Assembly: GCA_027340875.1 (NCBI GenBank)
Contig: DAIENX010000080.1
Coordinates: forward strand, 1 to 11,758
DNA: 11,758 nucleotides
Source: Elusimicrobiota bacterium
GTDB taxonomy: Bacteria > Elusimicrobiota > Elusimicrobia > Elusimicrobiales > UBA9959
Reading direction: 5' to 3'
The number at the start of each line of letters is the position of its first letter. Positions within the stretch are counted from its first letter, which is position 1. Both the position numbers and the translations under genes were made by a program. The notes under the pieces were generated by a model. It worked only from the letters and a program-made list of their open reading frames with translations. It was not told the origin of the DNA and did no database searches. Below, in pieces: positions 1-6,812 of this stretch.

Positions 1-1
1 C

Positions 2-586
2 TATCTGCAGCAGCTGACGATGGAGAGCAACGGCAAGCGCGTCACGCTGAACGGCCGGGCCGTCGACTACCAGACCGGACAGATCTACTGGGGCGAGCCC
101 GGCACCAACGGCCAGCACTCCTTCTACCAGCTCATACACCAGGGCACCAAGCTGATACCCTGCGACTTCATCGCCTTCTGCAGGCCCCGCCACAGGCTGG
201 GACGCCACCACGACCTGCTGATGGCGAACGTCTTCGCCCAGGCGGAGGCCCTGGCCTTCGGCAAGACCGCCGAGGAGCTGAGGAAGGAAGGCGTAAAGGA
301 CTGGCTCGTCCCGCACAAGACCTTCGAGGGCAACCGGCCGTCCACCACGATGCTTCTCGACGAGCTGACGCCGGCGGCGCTGGGGCGGCTGGTAGCCCTC
401 TACGAGCACTCCGTCTTCACGCAGGGCATGGTCTGGCGCATAGGTCCGTTCGACCAGTGGGGGGTCGAGCTGGGCAAGGTGCTGGCCGGGCGGATAGCGC
501 CCGAGCTCGAGGCAGGCGAAGCACCCGACCTCAAGCATGACAGCTCGACCAACGCGCTGATCAGGCGCTACCGAGGGAAACGCTGA
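2..586 (+). CDS. pgi: Glucose-6-phosphate isomerase, C-terminal part (5' end lies outside the window)
   Basis: Frame is open from base 2 ([12 protein letters not shown]). It contains the PGI motifs QQLx[43 protein letters not shown] and HDSST. Stop TGA at 584-586. Confidence 0.97.
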   Translation, partial: YLQQLTMESNGKRVTLNGRAVDYQTGQIYWGEPGTNGQHSFYQLIHQGTKLIPCDFIAFCRPRHRLGRHHDLLMANVFAQAEALAFGKTAEELRKEGVKDWLVPHKTFEGNRPSTTMLLDELTPAALGRLVALYEHSVFTQGMVWRIGPFDQWGVELGKVLAGRIAPELEAGEAPDLKHDSSTNALIRRYRGKR

Positions 587-599
587 AAAAGCGGGCCAG

Positions 600-629
600 A
601 AAAAACCCGGGGAAGTCCCCGGGTTTTTT
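600..629. terminator. Bidirectional rho-independent terminator between convergent pgi and antiporter
   Basis: AAAAAA-CCCGGGG-AAGT-CCCCGGG-TTTTTT: a 7-bp GC stem flanked by A6 and T6, giving a U-tract on both strands. Confidence 0.9.
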
Positions 630-1875
630 ATTGCGGTTCAGGAGGAACGGGTTCCTCATAAGGGTCGGCCGCCGCTTCGGGCTCCGAGGGAGGGTCCGGG
701 TCCTCGTCCCCGGAATGCTTTATCACTCCCCACGTCATCACCAGGGACGAGATCAGGATCGTCCAGAGCAGCACGCTGTCGGGTATCATCGCCAGGCGGA
801 AGTCCGAAGGGATGCCCATGAAAAGCAGTATCGTGATAAGGCCGCGGGGGGCCACGTAGGTCAGCGCCGAGGCGCGCAGCTTCGGGAGCATCAGACGCAG
901 CGGCAGGGCCCTGGAAGCGTAGACGATCAGCATCAGCGGCAGGACTATGGCCATCGCGTTGCGGTCCAGCAGCTTCGGGATATCGGCGGAATAACCCAGC
1001 AGCACGAAGAAGAAGGTCTTGATCACGAACGTGCTCTCCGCGATCACGCTCTTGAACTGCACCACCTCGTCCTGTATCTTCTCCAGTCTGAAATACTTGC
1101 GCATGTTCCCGCGGATGAACAGCGTGATATTGTTCAGGAAGAGCCCGAAGACCAGCACCAGTATCAGCGGCGAATAGTGCATCATCTTGGCCGTGGCGTA
1201 GACCAGCAGGAGTATCGCGAACACCGGCAGGTGCTTGACCTGGTGGCGCACGCGCTCGACGAGAGCCGTCAGGCCGAGCGAGAACAGCAGCGAGAGCAGC
1301 GTGGTGACCACTATCTCGAGGAAGAACGAGAACAGCGAGCCCACCCCGAACACCGCGTTGAGGGCTATGAAGTTGAACACCAGGATCCCCAGGATGTCAG
1401 AGAAAGAGCTCTCGTACGTGACGAACTCGCGCCGGGAATCCGAGAAAAGTCTGGCTCCGGGGATGGCGATCGCGCTGCTGATGATAGCGAAAGGCACGGC
1501 GTTTATCAGGCAGACGCGCCAGGGCTCTCCGAAAAGTAGTTTGTAAAGCCCGGCTATGCCGAACAGGCAGAGCAGCAGCCCGGCAAGAGAGGAGAGGGAG
1601 CTCTTGCGGATGAGGCGGGTCTTCTCTAGGTTGAGCTCCAGGTCGAGACCGGCCTCGAGGACGATGAGTATCAGGCCTATCGTGCCAAGGGGAGCGAGCA
1701 CGTAGTCCAGATAGGGGATGATGTAGCCGGTCCAGTTGGAGATCAGGCGCAGCAGCAGTCCCGAAAGTATGAGAAGAACTACCGGCGGCAGCCTGGTCCG
1801 GTCGGAAAGCATGTCGAACAGGTACGAGACCAGTACGATGACGCTTACGATTACGAGGACGATCTCAGCGCTCAT
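628..1875 (-). CDS. Cation:proton antiporter (Na+/H+ exchanger, CPA superfamily), about 415 aa
   Basis: About 12-13 hydrophobic segments, with PPVVLLILSG, IGLILIVLEAGLDL, YESSFSDILG and APRGLITILL resembling CPA transmembrane motifs. Start set at ATG 1875 (MSAEIV), 13 nt downstream of a TATAAT; the ORF extension to 2079 crosses the promoter region. Confidence 0.85.
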   Translation of the reverse strand: MSAEIVLVIVSVIVLVSYLFDMLSDRTRLPPVVLLILSGLLLRLISNWTGYIIPYLDYVLAPLGTIGLILIVLEAGLDLELNLEKTRLIRKSSLSSLAGLLLCLFGIAGLYKLLFGEPWRVCLINAVPFAIISSAIAIPGARLFSDSRREFVTYESSFSDILGILVFNFIALNAVFGVGSLFSFFLEIVVTTLLSLLFSLGLTALVERVRHQVKHLPVFAILLLVYATAKMMHYSPLILVLVFGLFLNNITLFIRGNMRKYFRLEKIQDEVVQFKSVIAESTFVIKTFFFVLLGYSADIPKLLDRNAMAIVLPLMLIVYASRALPLRLMLPKLRASALTYVAPRGLITILLFMGIPSDFRLAMIPDSVLLWTILISSLVMTWGVIKHSGDEDPDPPSEPEAAADPYEEPVPPEPQ

Positions 1876-1888
1876 GGCGGCGCCGGTA

Positions 1889-1894
1889 ATTATA
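1889..1894 (-). promoter_or_regulatory. Putative sigma70 -10 element (TATAAT) for the antiporter
   Basis: Perfect TATAAT on the minus strand within an AT-rich island, 13 nt upstream of the ATG. No convincing -35 (CTCGCG at 17-nt spacing). Confidence 0.55.
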
Positions 1895-1903
1895 CAAAAA
1901 TAC

Positions 1904-1932
1904 TTTAATCCCGCGAGTATTAATGATAAAAT
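1904..1932 (+). promoter_or_regulatory. Putative extended -10 sigma70 promoter for the otsA-like/otsB operon
   Basis: TTTAAT(1904-1909)-N17-TAAAAT(1927-1932) with TGn (TGA, 1924-1926) directly before the -10. Confidence 0.55.
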
Positions 1933-2096
1933 CACTCTGGGGAAGGGTTCAGCCCGCCGCTCCCGCTCCGGCGCCACGCCGGTCCGCTGGGAGAACCGCC
2001 GGGCGAACGACGCGGCCCTTGACCGCGAAACTCCAGGATCTGCCGCCGCCGGCGGCCGCGGGCCGGTCCGCAAACTCACAGGAGTCTGCCTTTTAT

Positions 2097-4349
2097 ATGA
2101 GAATAACCCTCCGACTTATCATTTCATTGAGCCTGGTAGTGATAACGGTGGCTTTCAGCTCCACCTGGATAAACGTGCGCCAGCAGAAGAAGCGGATGTA
2201 CGAGGAGGTCACCGCCCATTCCGCGCTGCTCGCCGCGACCTTCAGGGAGAGCGCGGTCCGGCTTCTCGACGCCGGCGACGCCACCGCCCTGCAGAAACTG
2301 GCGGACAAGCTGCAGAACCAGAAGAACCTGGAAGGAGTGGCTGTATACGGCGAGGAAGGAATGCTCCTCTCCGGCTCTTCGGCTATCCCGCCGGAGCTGC
2401 TGGTCCGGGGCAAGGAGATAAACCGGGCCGTCTCCGATGCCGGCGGGCAGGCGGTAGCGCTGACGGTGGGGAACAGCCGCATCCTGCTCTACCCGCTGGA
2501 TTTCACCTACCGGGGCGGCCACAAGGCCCGCATGGTCCTGTTCAGCAACGTCTCGAACATAGATTACGAGCTGTTCCGCATCTGGGAGAGCACGCTGCTG
2601 CGCCTGCTGGCCCAGATGATCCTGATAGCGGTCGTCACACTGCTGGTGGTCCGCTGGACCGTGGTGGACCCCATCAAACAGACAGCCGAATGGATGAAGC
2701 GGCTGCGCGTCGGCGACGCTTCCGGACATTCCATGCCGCTGAAGGGCAGCCTTTTCGCGCCGCTCGCCAAGGAGGCCACCACGCTGGCCAAGAACCTTAA
2801 GGCCGCGCGCAGCGCCGCGGAAAAAGAGGCCCGCCTGCGCAACGAGGCGGGCTCCATCTGGACGGCGGACAGGCTGAAGGAGCATATCAAGATGGTGATG
2901 GACGGCAATCCGATCTTCGTGGTCTCCAACCGGGAGCCGTACCTCCACATGAAGGAGGGCAGCGAGATACGCTGCATCCGGCCTGCCGGCGGACTGGTGA
3001 CCGCCCTGGACCCGATAATGAAGGCCGCCTCCGGCACCTGGATAGCCCAGGCCAGCGGAGACGCAGACTTCGACGTCACCGACCGGAACGACCGCATCAA
3101 GGTGCCGCCGGAGGAGCCGGCCTACACGCTGCGCCGCGTTCCGCTGACGAAGGAGGAGGAGGACGGCTATTATTACGGCTTCTCCAACGAAGGCATCTGG
3201 CCTCTCTGCCACATAGCCCACATCCGACCTATCTTCAGGAAGGAGGACTGGGCCCAGTACTACGCCGTGAACAAGAAATTCGCGCAGACCGTCCTGGAGG
3301 AGATCGAGGACGTGAAGGACCCGTGCGTGCTGATCCAGGACTATCATTTCACGCTGCTGCCGGGCATGATAAAGGAGGCCCGCCCGGACGCCCGAGTGGC
3401 CGTCTTCTGGCATATCCCCTGGCCCAACCCGGAGACGTTCGGCATCTGTCCCTGGCAGAAGGACCTCGTGCTCGGCCTGCTGGGCGCGGACCTGATAGGC
3501 TTCCAGACGCAGTTCTACTGCAACAACTTCCTGGAGACCGTGGACCGGACCATAGAGTCCAGGCTCGACTGGGAGCATTTCACCGTGCAGAAGGAGGGCC
3601 ACGTAACGGCGGTAAAGCCCTTCCCGATAAGCGTGGACTTCACCCAGCCGGAGCGCGAGGAGAGGCAACTGCCGGCGAAGCCGGAGCCCGCCGCCGTCCT
3701 GAAGGACCTGGGCCTGCGCGCCGAGAAGCTGGCCGTCGGCGTGGACCGCATAGACTACACCAAGGGCATCCTGGAAAGGGTGAAGGCCGTTGAGCGCTTC
3801 CTGGAGAAATACCCGGAGTACGTAGGGAAGTTCACGTTCATACAGCTCGGCGCCCCCAGCAGGACCCACATACCGCAGTATCACCGCTTTATCGCCGAGC
3901 TGCACGCGGAGGTGGACCGGATAAACTGGCGCTTCCGCGCCAAGAACTGGAAGGCCATAGTGTTCTTCGAGAAGCACCACGACCACAAGGAGATAACAAA
4001 GTACTACAAGATAGCCGACACCTGCCTGGTCACGTCGCTGCACGACGGTATGAACCTGGTGGCGAAGGAGTTCGTGGCGGCCAGGGAGGACCTGGGGGGC
4101 GTGCTGATCCTGAGCCGCTTCGCCGGCGCCTCGCGCGACCTGAGGGACGCCCTGATAGTCAATCCGTACGACGTTGAGCAGATGGCCGACGCTATCTACT
4201 ATTCGCTGACGATGCCGGCGGCGGAGATAGAGGAGAGGATGTCCCGGATGCGCCGCCAGATCTATGAGAACAACATCTACAAATGGGCCGCCGACCTGAC
4301 CGGCGAGGTCATGAAGCTGCGGCTGGACAGCTTCAGCGAGGTCTCATGA
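2097..4349 (+). CDS. otsA: Trehalose-6-phosphate synthase (GT20) with an N-terminal TM-extracytoplasmic sensor-TM-HAMP module, about 750 aa
   Basis: C-terminal ~480 aa carry the OtsA/GT20 motifs VVSNREP, AGGLVTAL, YYGFSNEGIWPLCH, QDYH, FWHIPWP, GVDRIDYTKG, GAPSR and DGMNLVAKEF. N-terminal ~270 aa have two hydrophobic helices and a HAMP-like segment. ATG at 2097 is preceded by AGGAG (2080-2084). Confidence 0.93.
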   Translation: MRITLRLIISLSLVVITVAFSSTWINVRQQKKRMYEEVTAHSALLAATFRESAVRLLDAGDATALQKLADKLQNQKNLEGVAVYGEEGMLLSGSSAIPPELLVRGKEINRAVSDAGGQAVALTVGNSRILLYPLDFTYRGGHKARMVLFSNVSNIDYELFRIWESTLLRLLAQMILIAVVTLLVVRWTVVDPIKQTAEWMKRLRVGDASGHSMPLKGSLFAPLAKEATTLAKNLKAARSAAEKEARLRNEAGSIWTADRLKEHIKMVMDGNPIFVVSNREPYLHMKEGSEIRCIRPAGGLVTALDPIMKAASGTWIAQASGDADFDVTDRNDRIKVPPEEPAYTLRRVPLTKEEEDGYYYGFSNEGIWPLCHIAHIRPIFRKEDWAQYYAVNKKFAQTVLEEIEDVKDPCVLIQDYHFTLLPGMIKEARPDARVAVFWHIPWPNPETFGICPWQKDLVLGLLGADLIGFQTQFYCNNFLETVDRTIESRLDWEHFTVQKEGHVTAVKPFPISVDFTQPEREERQLPAKPEPAAVLKDLGLRAEKLAVGVDRIDYTKGILERVKAVERFLEKYPEYVGKFTFIQLGAPSRTHIPQYHRFIAELHAEVDRINWRFRAKNWKAIVFFEKHHDHKEITKYYKIADTCLVTSLHDGMNLVAKEFVAAREDLGGVLILSRFAGASRDLRDALIVNPYDVEQMADAIYYSLTMPAAEIEERMSRMRRQIYENNIYKWAADLTGEVMKLRLDSFSEVS

Positions 4350-5128
4350 GGCGGTTCTGGGACAGCTCGGCCCGTCTTGCCGGGCAGCTGGCGGCGCCCC
4401 GCCTGCTGGTAACGCTGGACTTCGACGGGACACTGGCCGCGCTGGCGCAAACCCCGGGAGCCGCGAGGCTGCGCCCCGAGTACAGGACGGCTCTGATACG
4501 CCTGGCGGCCGCGCCTGGAGTATCCGTCTTCATCCTGAGCGGCCGCACGCTGGGGGACGTCAAGGCCTTGGTAGGCCTGCCCCGCCTCTATTACGGCGGG
4601 AACCACGGCATCGAAGTGGCCGGGCCAGGATTCTCCTGCCGCGACCCGAGGGCGGAGAAGACCAGGGAAATGGTCGCCAGCGCCGCCGCCGACATGCTGC
4701 AGCGCTTCCCGCCGGGGACCGGCGTGCTTGTGGAGGACAAGGTCTTCTCGGCGAGCGTCCATTACAGGACGCTGAAGCCGGCCTACAGGGCGGGCTTCTT
4801 CGGCAGGATGCGGACCCTGACGGCCAGGCAGGGGGGCAGGCTGCGCTGGCGCCGCGGGCACAAGGTGTTCGAGCTGCGCCCGGTCTCGGCCTGCGACAAG
4901 GGCGCTGCGGCCCTCCGCCTGCGAATGGAGCTGGGCAACCCGTTCGCGGTCGCCGTCGGCGACGACCTGACCGACGAGGACATGTTCCGGGCGCTGAAGG
5001 GCCGCGGCATAACCGTCAGGGTGGGGATGAAGCGCGGCTCGAAGGCGGAATATTTCCTCGACCGGCAGACGGAGGTCCTCCGCCTGCTAAAGTTCATCCT
5101 GGCCGCGCGCAAGGCTAGGGGGATATGA
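4346..5128 (+). CDS. otsB: Trehalose-6-phosphate phosphatase (HAD subfamily IIB), about 260 aa
   Basis: HAD motifs LDFDGTL, ILSGR, GNHG, DKG and GDDLTDEDMF, plus the TPP-typical VEDK..SVHYR and G.KVFELRP. The start overlaps the otsA stop (ATGA, 4346-4349). Confidence 0.93.
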   Translation: MRRFWDSSARLAGQLAAPRLLVTLDFDGTLAALAQTPGAARLRPEYRTALIRLAAAPGVSVFILSGRTLGDVKALVGLPRLYYGGNHGIEVAGPGFSCRDPRAEKTREMVASAAADMLQRFPPGTGVLVEDKVFSASVHYRTLKPAYRAGFFGRMRTLTARQGGRLRWRRGHKVFELRPVSACDKGAAALRLRMELGNPFAVAVGDDLTDEDMFRALKGRGITVRVGMKRGSKAEYFLDRQTEVLRLLKFILAARKARGI

Positions 5129-5216
5129 AGACCGCCGCAGGAACACCGGCTCCGCTCCTAATGCGGCCCTCCGGAGCCCATCGCTCCCCGGCGGCGGCTT
5201 CAGCGCCCATTTTGTG

Positions 5217-5222
5217 TATAAT
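5217..5222 (+). promoter_or_regulatory. Putative internal promoter -10 (TATAAT) upstream of malQ
   Basis: Perfect TATAAT in the only AT-rich patch of a 130-nt GC-rich spacer, 36 nt before the malQ ATG. No clear -35. Confidence 0.5.
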
Positions 5223-5258
5223 GGCTGAGGCGGGCCTCCCCGCCAACGGACCGATCTG

Positions 5259-6812
5259 ATGCATCCCCTGCTTAAGACAAAAAAGGTAGGCCTGCTGCTC
5301 CCGCTCTTCTCGATGCGCTCCGTACGCGACTGGGGTACCGGAGACTTCTCCTCGATGCGGGGCTGGCTGGACGTCCTGCATTCCGCCGGCCTTACCATAC
5401 TGCAGGTGCTGCCGCTCAACGAGATGCCGCCTGGCGTGAACTGCCCCTACACGGCCCTCAGCGCGTTCGCGCTGGACCCGGTATACCTGGACCCCTGCGC
5501 GCTGCCGGAGCTGGCCGAAGCCCCCGAAGCCGCGGCTTACATGGAATCGCGGGAGTTCAAGGCCAGGCTGGCCGCGCTGCGTGCCTCGAAACAGACCCTT
5601 TACGACGATATCCGCGCGCTCAAGCATGAGACGCTCTGGCGCGTCTTCACCGCTTTCCACAAGCACCACGTACTGGGCGGGACGCCTGAAGGCAAGGCCT
5701 TCGAGGCGTTCTGTTCGAAGAACGCCTACTGGCTGGAGGACTACGCCCTGTTCCGCCGCCTCAAGGACGTGCACCGCTGGATATCCTGGACGCACTGGCC
5801 CGGCCCGCTGTCCGCGCGCGAGCCTTCCGCGGTAGCCGCCGCCGCGGCGGAGCACGGACTGGAGACGGTCTTCTTCAAATACCTGCAGTGGTGCGTGCAG
5901 CGCCAGTGGCGCCAGGCCCGCCAGCGGGCGGCCGAGCTGGGTATCTCTCTCTTCGGGGACCTCCCCTTCATGGTCAACCAGGAATCGGCCGACATCTGGT
6001 CGCGCCAGCCGGAGTTCGACATCAGTCTGTCCATCGGGGCCCCGCCGGACACCTGGACCCCGGAAGGCCAGAAGTGGGGCCTGCCGGCCTACAACTGGGA
6101 CGTGGCGGAGGCCACCGGGTTCGAGTGGTGGAAGCTCAAGCTGCGCAGGGCCGAGGAGCTCTACGACATCTACCGCATAGACCATATGGTCGGCTTCTTC
6201 CGCACCTGGATAGTGCCGGAGGACAAGCGCCTGAAGCCGCATTTCGACATAGAGGGGGACCGGGCCCAGGAGGACAGGGGCAGACGCTTCCTGAAGGCGC
6301 TGACCTCGTCCTCGCGCATGCTGGCGGTCGGCGAGGACCTGGGACTGATACCGCCTTACGTCGGGAAGGTGCTGGCCGAGGCAGGCGTGCCCGGCTACAA
6401 GGTGCTGCGCTGGGAGAAGACCGGCGACGATTACGCCGACCCGGCGGATTTCCCGAAGGTTTCGCTGGCCACGACGTCCACCCACGACACGGAGCAACTG
6501 GCCGCCTGGTGGAAGTCGGCGGGTCCCAAGGAACGCCGGCTCTTCTGGAAGATGGTCTCCGGGCGGGACGGAAAGCCTCCGGCCTTCGCGAAGGCGCTGG
6601 ACCCGCTGCTGCGCAAGATGATAGCCGGCGGCTCGAGGGTCGTGATACTTCCCTATCAGGACCTCTTCGGCATCCCTGACAGGATCAACACCCCGAACAC
6701 CGTCGGGCCGCACAACTGGTCCTTCCGTCCCGACGTGCCGCTCGAGCAGTTCCAGCAGAAGCACGGCGACAGGCTGCGGCAGCTGGCTTCCTGGATAAGG
6801 GAGGCCCGGTGA
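5259..6812 (+). CDS. malQ: 4-alpha-glucanotransferase (amylomaltase, GH77), 517 aa
   Basis: GLLLPLFS..DWGTGDF, QVLPLN, PY..S.FAL, GDLPF, GAPPD..GQKWGLP, and the catalytic triad motifs YRIDHMVGF, GEDLG and STHD, followed by RINTPNT...NW. Confidence 0.95.
   Translation: MHPLLKTKKVGLLLPLFSMRSVRDWGTGDFSSMRGWLDVLHSAGLTILQVLPLNEMPPGVNCPYTALSAFALDPVYLDPCALPELAEAPEAAAYMESREFKARLAALRASKQTLYDDIRALKHETLWRVFTAFHKHHVLGGTPEGKAFEAFCSKNAYWLEDYALFRRLKDVHRWISWTHWPGPLSAREPSAVAAAAAEHGLETVFFKYLQWCVQRQWRQARQRAAELGISLFGDLPFMVNQESADIWSRQPEFDISLSIGAPPDTWTPEGQKWGLPAYNWDVAEATGFEWWKLKLRRAEELYDIYRIDHMVGFFRTWIVPEDKRLKPHFDIEGDRAQEDRGRRFLKALTSSSRMLAVGEDLGLIPPYVGKVLAEAGVPGYKVLRWEKTGDDYADPADFPKVSLATTSTHDTEQLAAWWKSAGPKERRLFWKMVSGRDGKPPAFAKALDPLLRKMIAGGSRVVILPYQDLFGIPDRINTPNTVGPHNWSFRPDVPLEQFQQKHGDRLRQLASWIREAR

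Noticed and set aside
2..586. pgi as a pseudogene or short 188-aa protein
   Set aside because: The frame is open to the window edge, so the gene is simply truncated by the window.
2019..2047. TTGACC as a -35 element for otsA
   Set aside because: No -10-like hexamer at 16-18 nt spacing (GCCGCC).
1876..2096. N-terminal ORF extensions of the antiporter (to 2079) and otsA (from 1923); also otsB from 4283 and CLC from 11584
   Set aside because: The extensions overlap each other, promoter elements or the upstream gene and are low-complexity. The downstream ATGs fit SD, overlap and promoter positions better.
1736..2800. 354-aa + strand ORF and other R/G/P/A-rich alternate-frame ORFs (3323-3793, 5888-6679, 7573-8523)
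   Set aside because: Composition typical of off-frame translation of GC-rich DNA, and they overlap well-supported genes.
2097..2906. N-terminal module as a separate or truncated histidine kinase gene
   Set aside because: It is in frame with GT20 with no stop, and has no H-box or HATPase motifs. An internal start near MVMDG (GAAGGAG lies upstream) that yields a soluble isoform cannot be excluded, but there is no direct support.
2124..4043. 639-aa antisense ORF opposite otsA (likewise 5115-6764 opposite malQ, 631-1539 opposite the antiporter, 10790-11557 opposite the CLC gene)
   Set aside because: Same antisense-frame artefact, with no protein family features.
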